NCBI RefSeq assembly: GCF_000196355.1
Contig: NC_007614.1
Location: 1,590,001-1,622,000, forward strand
Reading direction: 5' to 3'
DNA from: Nitrosospira multiformis ATCC 25196
GTDB lineage: Bacteria; Pseudomonadota; Gammaproteobacteria; Burkholderiales; Nitrosomonadaceae
Length of the DNA: 32,000 bases
In this document: positions 1 through 7,608 of the stretch, one piece after another
Position numbering within the stretch: the stretch's first letter is position 1
Layout: every line of letters begins with the position of its first letter
Notes under the pieces: generated by a model
Database searches by the model: none
What the model was told of the DNA's origin: nothing
Seen by the model: the letters and a program-made list of their open reading frames with translations, nothing else
Made by a program: the position numbers and the translations under genes

Positions 1-608
1 GCCTGGGTTTTTTGAGCGTAGTTGTCGACTTTATCGAGATACGAGACCCCCTCGAGACCGAGAATGGTGATGCGATCGATATGCCCGACCTTGAAATAGG
101 TATGCAAAGCCTGCGTGATTGAAAAAGGCGCGGTATCTTTATTTCGCGTGATCAATTCCAGATTCAGGGAGTTTCCCACTGTAACTTCGAGATCCAGATC
201 GAACGCATGCGGCCAGATCGCCCTTGTTTCCGCTGTATCGCTCAAACCGAGCGTCACCTTGCTGTCGCCATTTCCAGTGGTTTCCGTTTTAATGACGTTC
301 CAGAGGCGGGTACGCACAAAACCATGTACAGGACGCCCTTGCTGTTGCGGATCCGGGCCGAACCAAGGCCAGCAGACGGGAGCGCCGCCCTTGATACCTT
401 TACCTGCCTCATAATATGCAGCCTCGCTCAGGAACATCAGGTTCTGCTCATTTGCAGGTTGAAAAGATAGTACCTGCCCTCCATAAACAGAGATCACTGC
501 GCCACCCTTGGCATTATCGACCCTGATAAAGGGGAACCCTCCTGCCCCCTCCATGAATTTGACCTGCCCGTCGATCCCATGGTTTTTATTCAACTCTTCT
601 ATGTTCAT
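1..608 (-). CDS. D-hexose-6-phosphate mutarotase / aldose 1-epimerase family protein (partial, C-terminus outside window)
   Basis: Absent from the ORF track because it is open at the edge. Manual reverse translation from ATG at 608: MNIEELNKNHGIDGQVKFMEGAGGFPFIRVDNAKGGAVISVYGGQVLSFQP...KGIKGGAPVCWPWFGP...GFVRTRLWNV. The GG.P.cWPWFG and HGFvRt.lW motifs are typical of YeaD-like epimerases. Confidence 0.9.
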   Translation of the reverse strand, partial: MNIEELNKNHGIDGQVKFMEGAGGFPFIRVDNAKGGAVISVYGGQVLSFQPANEQNLMFLSEAAYYEAGKGIKGGAPVCWPWFGPDPQQQGRPVHGFVRTRLWNVIKTETTGNGDSKVTLGLSDTAETRAIWPHAFDLDLEVTVGNSLNLELITRNKDTAPFSITQALHTYFKVGHIDRITILGLEGVSYLDKVDNYAQKTQ

Positions 609-719
609 TTCATTCCTTATTCGCTTCTGAAGATGCCCTATAGAAGAGGATCATAATGGCACCTGAACATTTTGTCATCAACAGCTGTTTATGCCGGGCG
701 ACCCGCATCAGCAGGCCGA

Positions 720-1157
720 TCAGCGAAGCAGAACGAGCCTTGGAATTGCTTCCGTACCTATCCAGACAACCGCATTTTGCCCGAATTCCTTTCCAAGCGC
801 CTTAGTTGTCTCCAGATTCAATCCGAGCACGAGAAAGCTTTTTTCCGCCGCCCATGCTCCGGCAGGGTCGATGCCTTCACCCTCGATAATCTGGCTCTGC
901 TGGGCAACATGCCGATCAAGGCTCTTCCGGAGATCCAGGCATGCCTTCATGTTCATTTCATGACTTTCTGCCGCCCCGAAGGGGTTGCAGGCGGTGATGA
1001 ACGCGGCACACCGATGGCCAGACGCTGCCAGAAGCCTTGCCAGCGGCTCGGAATACTGGTCGACATGCAACGTTATTGCCTCATGGCCTACGCCCGCCCG
1101 ATAGTAAGCCGAGCGATAGACATAAATGAGATCATCAGGGATTTCAGTGTATGACAT
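720..1157 (-). CDS. DUF3293-like protein
   Basis: ORF 720..1214(-). More likely start is the internal Met (MSYTEIPDDLIYVYRSAYYRA...). FITACNPFG motif resembles DUF3293 proteins. Confidence 0.65.
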   Translation of the reverse strand: MSYTEIPDDLIYVYRSAYYRAGVGHEAITLHVDQYSEPLARLLAASGHRCAAFITACNPFGAAESHEMNMKACLDLRKSLDRHVAQQSQIIEGEGIDPAGAWAAEKSFLVLGLNLETTKALGKEFGQNAVVWIGTEAIPRLVLLR

Positions 1158-1265
1158 GGTATCTCCGGCGAAGCTTCTCATCCCCAAGCCTTTATGATTG
1201 CTACATCTACCCATGGATGCAGGGCAGGCAGGGTAAGTTGCAAGCAGTGCAGGAAGAGTTTCTTC

Positions 1266-1829
1266 TTAAGAAAGGTGGCGGATCACCCTGCAAGGATTTC
1301 CTGCAGCGAAAACGTTTGCGGGAATGTTTCTGGTAACAATGCTTCCCGATCCGATCGTCGTGCCCCGTCCGATCGTGACCCCGGGATTGATGATCGCCCC
1401 ACCGCCAATCCAGACGCTGTCTTCCACGGTAATGGGTGCAGCGGCTTCCAGACCGGTATCACGGTCCTTCGCTGCAAGGGGGTGGGTTGCAGTATAGATC
1501 TGCACCGCCGGGCCCAGAAAGACATTATGCCCCATGATGACCTGCGCGCAATCCAGCACGATGCAATTGAAATTGGCGTAAAAGTTATCCCCTACTAGAA
1601 GGTTATAACCGTAGTCGCAATAAAAGGGTGGCTCGATATGAAGATTTGACCCCGATGCCCCGAGCAGTTCCCCCAAAATTGCAGATCGTTTTTCAGCCTC
1701 CTCCGGAAGGGTGTCATTGAAAACCTTCGCCAATCTTTTGGCACGCTTTCTTTCCTCGACCAGCAGTCGGTCGCTGGAGCGATAGAGTTCTCCATTCAGC
1801 ATTTTCTGCTTTTCGGTCTTATCGATCAC
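1266..1829 (-). CDS. Maltose/galactoside O-acetyltransferase family (left-handed beta-helix sugar acetyltransferase)
   Basis: 187 aa. MLNGELYRSSDRLL N-terminal Mac domain, hexapeptide repeats, YTATHPL and VWIGGGAIINPGVTIG...VVTRNIPANVFAAGNPCRVIR-type C-terminus. Confidence 0.9.
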   Translation of the reverse strand: MIDKTEKQKMLNGELYRSSDRLLVEERKRAKRLAKVFNDTLPEEAEKRSAILGELLGASGSNLHIEPPFYCDYGYNLLVGDNFYANFNCIVLDCAQVIMGHNVFLGPAVQIYTATHPLAAKDRDTGLEAAAPITVEDSVWIGGGAIINPGVTIGRGTTIGSGSIVTRNIPANVFAAGNPCRVIRHLS

Positions 1830-1936
1830 GTCATCTATTATTCAATACAGGCATTTGAATAAGCTTCGGAAAGAAAAAGAAAGAAAGCTTTCTAGAGGAA
1901 CCACCCGGGGGGAAACACCCGGCGCTGCCGCTTCAG

Positions 1937-2350
1937 TCAGGTTTCGGACATTCTGCCCGTATGCCGCATCGAGCATGGCTGTTTATTGCTCTCGGGATCA
2001 TACTTGGCGCCCCAGTGGATGAGCGCATGCAGGGCCGGGGATAAATCCTTTCCTTTTTCCGTGAGCGTATAAATGACTCTTCTTGCATTAAGGGGATCGC
2101 GCTGCCTTGAAATGATATTGCACTCCTCCAGTTTTTTCAGACGATCTGAAAGAATATTGGATGCAATTTTTTCGGGTGAAGCGAGAAAATCCCGGAAATG
2201 CTGCTTGTCCTTGAACAGTATGTCGCGAATGACAAGCAAAGTCCATTTATCACCCAATATATCCAGCGCGCAGCTAACGGGACAGGAAGAACGCTTGCTC
2301 TGATCTTTAGTCATGCTCACATTATGTTTGATTTTCCCGATACGATTCAT
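1937..2350 (-). CDS. HxlR-family winged-helix transcriptional regulator
   Basis: CPVSCALDILGDKWTLLVIRDILFKDKQHFRDFLASPEKIASNILSDRLKKLEECNII is the classical HxlR signature. Confidence 0.93.
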   Translation of the reverse strand: MNRIGKIKHNVSMTKDQSKRSSCPVSCALDILGDKWTLLVIRDILFKDKQHFRDFLASPEKIASNILSDRLKKLEECNIISRQRDPLNARRVIYTLTEKGKDLSPALHALIHWGAKYDPESNKQPCSMRHTGRMSET

Positions 2351-2553
2351 TTATTATACTTTCAATATGCAACCAAATACGAGAATTGAGACTCTATCTG
2401 GTTGCCAATACAATTTTTTCAGCTCGGAACGGCTTTATTTCTCATATGGCTCAGATAACCTGTTATAGCTCGTCCAGGAAAGATCAGGACTTTTTGGATG
2501 GACGATATGAGGCTGAAAGGCAGCGACAAGCAAATACAAATCAAGAGGAGTAG

Positions 2554-3132
2554 ATGATGAAGCAAGCGATACAAGCCGGTACCTCGATTCTTGTCCTTGT
2601 AGCAACGTTGTACAGCGGTTCGGCGACCGCTCATGGAAAAGTCTCGATGGAGGAAGACAGCTGCATGCGACGGCTTGGCGACAGCAGCATGGTTCATTTA
2701 AGCGCCTACCAGCCGCAGTATGAGCCCGCAGATCAATACTGCACCGAAATTCCCAAAGGAGGAAACACGTTTCTGGTGGTCGATCTCGTGGATCCCGCAT
2801 TACGGGATATTCCCATCGGAATGCGAATTGTGAGAGGAAGCAATGAAACAGAAGATGAAACGGTATCTTATGTCAGGCCCAGCTATCACCCCGATGGGGT
2901 GATCAAGGGGGAAACCGCCCTGGACAAGGGGGAGTACACGGTTTTCATAACCGGTGAGGCAGTGCCTCCCGTACGCTACGAATATCCGTTGCGCGTAGAA
3001 ATGATCAATTACGCAAAAACTTTTCGCGCTGCGGTCGGACCGATGATAGCCGCTCTGCTGCTGACTTTGCTTGGCTACAAGATCATGCAGTCCAAGCGGG
3101 TGAGGCAATGGAGATCTTCTCGGGGGTCATAG
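2554..3132 (+). CDS. Hypothetical exported protein with C-terminal transmembrane helix
   Basis: 192 aa. Shine-Dalgarno GAGGAG just upstream of ATG 2554. N-terminal signal peptide (GTSILVLVATLYSGSATAHG) and C-terminal hydrophobic helix (AAVGPMIAALLLTLLGYKI). Confidence 0.8.
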   Translation: MMKQAIQAGTSILVLVATLYSGSATAHGKVSMEEDSCMRRLGDSSMVHLSAYQPQYEPADQYCTEIPKGGNTFLVVDLVDPALRDIPIGMRIVRGSNETEDETVSYVRPSYHPDGVIKGETALDKGEYTVFITGEAVPPVRYEYPLRVEMINYAKTFRAAVGPMIAALLLTLLGYKIMQSKRVRQWRSSRGS

Positions 3133-3337
3133 GCCTCTGGAGTTTTAGCGGTAAGGGTCGGACCTTTGCTCCCATTCCCTAGTAGGTCATGGCATGGAGG
3201 ATTTTGACCAAAGCTTCCATGCCTGCTCGTCTGACTGGCTGACTAAATCAGTAGTTGAGCCTGGTAGTTGAGCCTTATAAAGGCCCGTCGCTTCTCTTCC
3301 TTCATAAGCAAAAATTTAGTGCGGACTCCAGTGGAGA

Positions 3338-3375
3338 CCAATGCTTGCTGATGAGATTGCAAGCATTGGTTTTTT
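3338..3375 (+). terminator. Rho-independent terminator
   Basis: Perfect 11-bp stem CCAATGCTTGC(3338-3348) / GCAAGCATTGG(3359-3369), 10-nt loop, followed by TTTTTT(3370-3375). Confidence 0.85.
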
Positions 3376-3406
3376 CTCTGCCTCCTGAATTGAAGAATGG
3401 CCGTGC

Positions 3407-3453
3407 TTGACTCCTCCTGGGCATCCTCCAGATACCTTCCCAGGAGGCGTCAA
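3407..3453. repeat. Long imperfect inverted repeat (hairpin)
   Basis: TTGACTCCTCCTGGG (3407-3421) versus CCCAGGAGGCGTCAA (3439-3453): 14 of 15 positions complementary, 17-nt loop. Confidence 0.75.
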
Positions 3454-3794
3454 CTTGATTCGATGGGCTTATGGTCCCGAGTCAGGCCAGAACCTGCCCG
3501 CTTTCTCTTTCTATTCAGAAAAAAGCGGGTATCTTTCAAGCTCAAATCACGGCTTGCCACCATTCCCTTCGCTTCCCCTGGCAAACGCTGTCTAATCCTT
3601 GTAGTCTCTGAACCAAAGCCCCTGTATCATCTATGATGCGGAAAATGAGAAAAAATGGCGGGGGACAATGGGACAATAACAATATATCTTCTCTCCGATT
3701 TTTAATGCCTGTTCCTCGATATGTTAATAAATAAAGGCATTCCGAGGGCCTGAATTTCCGCATAACTCCAATCTACTTGAAAGGAATAAGTCGT

Positions 3795-4010
3795 GTGGAG
3801 TTCGTAATAGTTAGCTACCCGGCTCGGCGGCCGGTATATGTCGACGGCGATCTGTGCGGCTATACCAATGAAGTCCTGCAGATGGATGCGGGCACGCATA
3901 AATTTACCCTGGCCCCTCCAGAAGACTGTGACCCCATCTGTTGCGAGGTCATGGTCAAGGGAACCACTGTTCTGCTTCCCATGAAAGTTGCCTTTATCAA
4001 AAAATGGTAG
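3795..4010 (+). CDS. Small hypothetical protein, PEGA-like beta domain
   Basis: Tracked as 3777..4010 (TTG start). GTG at 3795 is preceded by AAGGAA at suitable spacing. Protein MEFVIVSYPARRPVYVDGDLCGYTNEVLQMDAGTHKFTLAPPEDCDPICCEVMVKGTTVLLPMKVAFIKKW. The V.VDG...G.T......GTH.F.L pattern is PEGA-like. Stop lies 2 nt before the next start. Confidence 0.65.
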   Translation: MEFVIVSYPARRPVYVDGDLCGYTNEVLQMDAGTHKFTLAPPEDCDPICCEVMVKGTTVLLPMKVAFIKKW

Positions 4011-4012
4011 GT

Positions 4013-5464
4013 ATGAGTATCCGACTCGGCACATGCGTGGCTGTGCTTGCTGGAGCCCTATTGTTGAGCGGGTGTGGCTCCTTTCAGGTAAATCCGCCCT
4101 TGGCCAGGTACGACCCTTCCTCAGGTTACCGTTTCGAAAAACTGGAGCCGGGAAGCAATAGCGATAAATTGTTTGTCATTCTGGTTTTCTCGGGAGGCGG
4201 TACCCGGGCGGCGGCATTATCTTATGGAGTGCTGGAGGCTCTCCGCGACACTCAAATCGAATGGAAAAACCGGAAAATATCGCTGCTGGATGAAGTGGAT
4301 GTAATTTCGTCGATATCCGGGGGAAGCTTTCCTGCAGCTTATTACGCCCTGTATGGATTGCGGATCTTCGACGAATTCCCGAATCGCTTCCTCTACAGAT
4401 CCATCCAATCCGAATTGATTGATTCGGCATTGACTCCGGCGGGGCTGTTGAAACTCGGCGGGTCGACCTTCGGGCGCAGTGATCTGGCGGCGGAGTTTTA
4501 TGATCGGGAGGTATTTGGCGCAGGCACATATGCGGAAGTAATTGCTCGGGCTCGACGACCTTTTGTGATCCTGAATGCCACGGATATGACGACGGGAACG
4601 CAATTTCCCTTTACCCAGGACCAGTTTGATCTTTTATGCTCCGACCTGTCAGGAATTTCACTGGGGCGGGCAGCAGCCGCATCCTCGGCGTATCCGGGAG
4701 GACTTACGCCCCTCACTTTTAAAAACTATGCGGGCAAATGCGGCTACCGTCAGCCTGAATGGGTGGATCTTGCCGTTCAGGATCATAAGTCGCGCCTCAA
4801 TATACGTCGGGCCGCGCGCGCGGAAAACAGGCTTTCGTATACCGCGACCGACCTCAACCCGCGTAAATACATCCACTTGACCGATGGCGGCGTGGCCGAC
4901 AATATCGGGTTGCGGGAGCCGCTCGCGGCGATCACCAGTTTAAATAATTCCTGGAGCGTGCTTCGCCTGATAAATCAGAAGAAAGTGGACAAACTGGTGG
5001 TAATCGTGGTGAATGCCGGCACAAACCCAACTACCCGCCGGGATCAGAGGCCAGAGGTTCCCGGGCTCGTTGATACGCTGACTGCCGCAGCCGTGGTCCC
5101 GTTGGGCAATTATTCATTCGATACTCTCGAATTGTTGCGGCAAACGGTTAACGAGTTCAACGAATCGATGCGCCTGGTATCCGGATGCAAGGAGTTGGCT
5201 GCCAGCAAAGGCCCGCGATGCGAGCTGGATATTCCCGTACCGCACCAGATTGAATTTTTTCCGATCGAGGTGGCGTTTGAATACATCCAAGCCGTCGACG
5301 AGCGAAACTGGTTCAAAAATCTTCCAACCACCCTGGAATTGCCTCGGGAAACGGTAGATAAACTACGGAAGGTCGGACAGCAAATACTCAGCGAAGATCC
5401 CGAGTTCAAAAGACTGATGGAAGTGTTGCATGGATGCATTCCATTCGCGGGACAGGGTTGCTGA
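4013..5464 (+). CDS. Patatin-like phospholipase family lipoprotein
   Basis: Lipobox LLLSGCG. FSGGGTRAAALSYGVLEAL oxyanion motif, SSISGGSFPAAYYALYG nucleophile elbow, DGGVADNIGLREPL catalytic Asp motif. Start set at the MSIRLG methionine. Confidence 0.88.
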   Translation: MSIRLGTCVAVLAGALLLSGCGSFQVNPPLARYDPSSGYRFEKLEPGSNSDKLFVILVFSGGGTRAAALSYGVLEALRDTQIEWKNRKISLLDEVDVISSISGGSFPAAYYALYGLRIFDEFPNRFLYRSIQSELIDSALTPAGLLKLGGSTFGRSDLAAEFYDREVFGAGTYAEVIARARRPFVILNATDMTTGTQFPFTQDQFDLLCSDLSGISLGRAAAASSAYPGGLTPLTFKNYAGKCGYRQPEWVDLAVQDHKSRLNIRRAARAENRLSYTATDLNPRKYIHLTDGGVADNIGLREPLAAITSLNNSWSVLRLINQKKVDKLVVIVVNAGTNPTTRRDQRPEVPGLVDTLTAAAVVPLGNYSFDTLELLRQTVNEFNESMRLVSGCKELAASKGPRCELDIPVPHQIEFFPIEVAFEYIQAVDERNWFKNLPTTLELPRETVDKLRKVGQQILSEDPEFKRLMEVLHGCIPFAGQGC

Positions 5465-5523
5465 TGAAAAATTCGATGGAAATCACGCGCCAGCTCACCA
5501 AAAAAGAAAGGGAAGAAATATGA
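5464..5523 (+). CDS. Candidate 19-aa bridging micro-ORF (MKNSMEITRQLTKKEREEI)
   Basis: ATG at 5464 overlaps the patatin TGA (TGATG). Its TGA at 5521-5523 overlaps the alcohol dehydrogenase ATG at 5520 (ATGA). Read directly from sequence; coding status unproven. Confidence 0.35.
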   Translation: MKNSMEITRQLTKKEREEI

Positions 5524-6560
5524 CGAAGATTCTCGGATTCGCCGCGCACGCCCCCGGGCAGAAACTCGAACCATTCACTTATGACGCCGGGCCTCTCGCG
5601 CCGGAGGAAGTGGAAATTGCGGTGGAGCATTGTGGTCTTTGTCATTCCGATCTTTCAATACTGAATAATGACTGGGGTATCACGCAGTATCCCGTTATTC
5701 CGGGGCACGAAGCCATTGGCCGGATTGTCGCGATGGGAGAACAGGCAAAGGGATTGCAAATCGGCCAGCGGGTAGGCGTTGGCTGGAATGCGGGCAGCTG
5801 CATGCACTGCCATGAATGCATGAGCGGCGATCACAACCTTTGTACCAGAGCCACCGCGACAATCATCGGGCATTACGGGGGATTTGCCGACAAAGTGCGA
5901 GCCCACTGGGCGTGGACGATTCCCATACCTGAGACCCTTGAAAGTTCCTCCGCAGGCCCGTTACTTTGCGGAGGAATTACTGTATTTGCGCCCCTTGCGG
6001 CCTATGTAAAACCGACCGATCATGTAGGTGTCGTTGGCATTGGCGGCCTTGGTCATCTCGCCCTGCAATTTGCGCATGCCTGGGGTTGCGAAGTTACGGC
6101 CTTCTCTTCCAATCCCTCAAAGGCGGAAGAAATGCGCACCCTCGGTGCCCATCGTGTTCTCTCCAGTCGTAAGAGCGGCGAAATTCGCTCGGCAGCACGC
6201 TCGCTCGACTTTCTGCTGGTGACCGTCAATGTCCCCCTTGACTGGGCATTGCTGCTCCAGACGCTGAAACCGAAGGGACGCATGCATCTCGTTGGCGCAG
6301 TGCTCGAACCCCTGCCTATCCCCGCTTTCGAGCTTCTGAGCGGACAGAAGAATGTTTCAGGGTCACCGACGGGTGGGCCTGCGATGATGGCGGATATGCT
6401 GGATTTTGCCGCCCGTCACGGCATTCAGCCTCAGGTAGAGCGTTTTCCCATGAGCAGGGTCAATGAAGCGGTTGCACATCTGGCTGCTGGAAAAGCGCGC
6501 TACCGCATAGTCCTGGATGCGAATTTCAATCGGGAGCACCCAGGAAGTGCGAATGCATGA
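5520..6560 (+). CDS. Zinc-dependent NAD(P) alcohol dehydrogenase (cinnamyl-alcohol dehydrogenase/YahK-like)
   Basis: EHCGLCHSDLSIL, IPGHEAIGRIVAMGE, VGVGWNAGSCMHCHECMSGDHNLC structural zinc lobe, GVVGIGGLGHLALQFA Rossmann motif. Start at MTKILGFAAH. Confidence 0.92.
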   Translation: MTKILGFAAHAPGQKLEPFTYDAGPLAPEEVEIAVEHCGLCHSDLSILNNDWGITQYPVIPGHEAIGRIVAMGEQAKGLQIGQRVGVGWNAGSCMHCHECMSGDHNLCTRATATIIGHYGGFADKVRAHWAWTIPIPETLESSSAGPLLCGGITVFAPLAAYVKPTDHVGVVGIGGLGHLALQFAHAWGCEVTAFSSNPSKAEEMRTLGAHRVLSSRKSGEIRSAARSLDFLLVTVNVPLDWALLLQTLKPKGRMHLVGAVLEPLPIPAFELLSGQKNVSGSPTGGPAMMADMLDFAARHGIQPQVERFPMSRVNEAVAHLAAGKARYRIVLDANFNREHPGSANA

Positions 6561-6586
6561 TCGGCCGCTTCTTAGCAATTCAACCG

Positions 6587-6772
6587 TCACTTCATTCGGA
6601 CACGAGGGCGCCCAAATTCCGTAATGTTACGCAGGGTGATTTCCCGGTCCCGATAATACCAATAGTTTTATTGCGGCATTTCAAAGCCAAGCAGTCCCTG
6701 GACGGCACTGAGGGTCAGCATCAACGCGACCATATGCTCTGCGGCTGAATGTGGCAAATAGGCAGGTACCCG
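6587..6772 (-). pseudogene. Remnant of a D-lactate dehydrogenase (LdhA-like), internally deleted and frameshifted
   Basis: On the - strand in order: RVPAYLPHSAAEHMVALMLTLS (6772-6707), QGLLGFEM (6700-6677), then after a frameshift KTIGIIGTGK (6669-6640), then ITLRNITEF (6640-6614) and stop TGA (6589-6587). These match widely separated conserved blocks of D-LDH (vRVPAYSPyAVAEHavALiLtLNR; dGLLGFdmhGKTvGiIGTGKIG; C-terminal TTLrNIteFe). Confidence 0.75.
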
Positions 6773-6885
6773 CCCCCATGAATTCCCCATTGCGCTTGCG
6801 GGCTGAAATTGGTTTCCTGCCTGCTTGTTCCTTCTTCGGGATGTTGAAATCCGGTTTGGAGGCTCACGGCAAGCTCTTCCGCAAG

Positions 6886-7110
6886 CTAAGGGGAGGATGA
6901 ACAGCATGCCTGCATCTGAACCGGAGGGCATTTAATGGACCCGAAGGAACAAAAGACGCAGCAATCACCCGGACGAGGCTGCAACAGCGTCTTGCAGTCT
7001 TCGCATTCATAATAAAACTGGCAGGCGTCGACTGGCATGATTTCTCGCTTGACGTACTTACAGTAAGGGCACGTCAGTTCCGATTCCAGATGAAGTGGGT
7101 TATTCATCAA
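6886..7110 (-). CDS. GDCCVxC domain-containing small cysteine-rich protein
   Basis: 74 aa. TCPYCKYVKREIMPVDACQFYYECEDCKTLLQPRPGDCCVFCSFGSIKCPPVQ: GDCCVFCSFG...CPP motif. Confidence 0.9.
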   Translation of the reverse strand: MMNNPLHLESELTCPYCKYVKREIMPVDACQFYYECEDCKTLLQPRPGDCCVFCSFGSIKCPPVQMQACCSSSP

Positions 7111-7169
7111 AAGAATTCCCGGGAGTGGTAAAAAATTGTGGCAGCATATCCTCCAGTTTACTGCCGCTT

Positions 7170-7523
7170 CTACTGCTTCGCTTCCTCCGCCATCTGACGG
7201 TGAGACTCCGCCATCCTCCTGTTTTCCTCCGCAGCTTCCTCATAGATGTGAGCAAGTGCCTGGGCATGCTCTTTCACATCAATGGTTTTCCTGCCATAGT
7301 AATATCCGTGTTTCCGATATTCGGTCAGGTATCTTTTCTGCTCATCTGCTCTCGCCTGCATGGCTTCCGCTGCCGCCTGATAGTGTCGAGCCAGGACGTA
7401 ATGATCCTTAGCGGTTTTTGCGTTCCGAATAGCGCTTGTCATATCCATGGGATGGGAATCGATGTGAGCGCAGGACATGAGAGTCAAGCCTGTTAGAATT
7501 ACAAAAAATAAGCGAATTTTCAT
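7170..7523 (-). CDS. Small helical lipoprotein (KDHY...YYGR family), paralogue of the 29649..30089 gene
   Basis: MKIRLFFVILTGLTLMSCAHIDSH lipobox (LMSC), then amphipathic helices. Shares the TxKDHYxL...AExMxxRAxEQ...L..Y....Y.YGR...H..AL...YE.AA pattern with the other gene. Confidence 0.75.
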   Translation of the reverse strand: MKIRLFFVILTGLTLMSCAHIDSHPMDMTSAIRNAKTAKDHYVLARHYQAAAEAMQARADEQKRYLTEYRKHGYYYGRKTIDVKEHAQALAHIYEEAAEENRRMAESHRQMAEEAKQ

Positions 7524-7608
7524 TTGCCATCTCTCTGTTGGCTGGTCCGAAAATAATATAGCACTGTAAGTTATAGCAGCATTCCGCAACTTTGACGCAG
7601 GTACCCGA

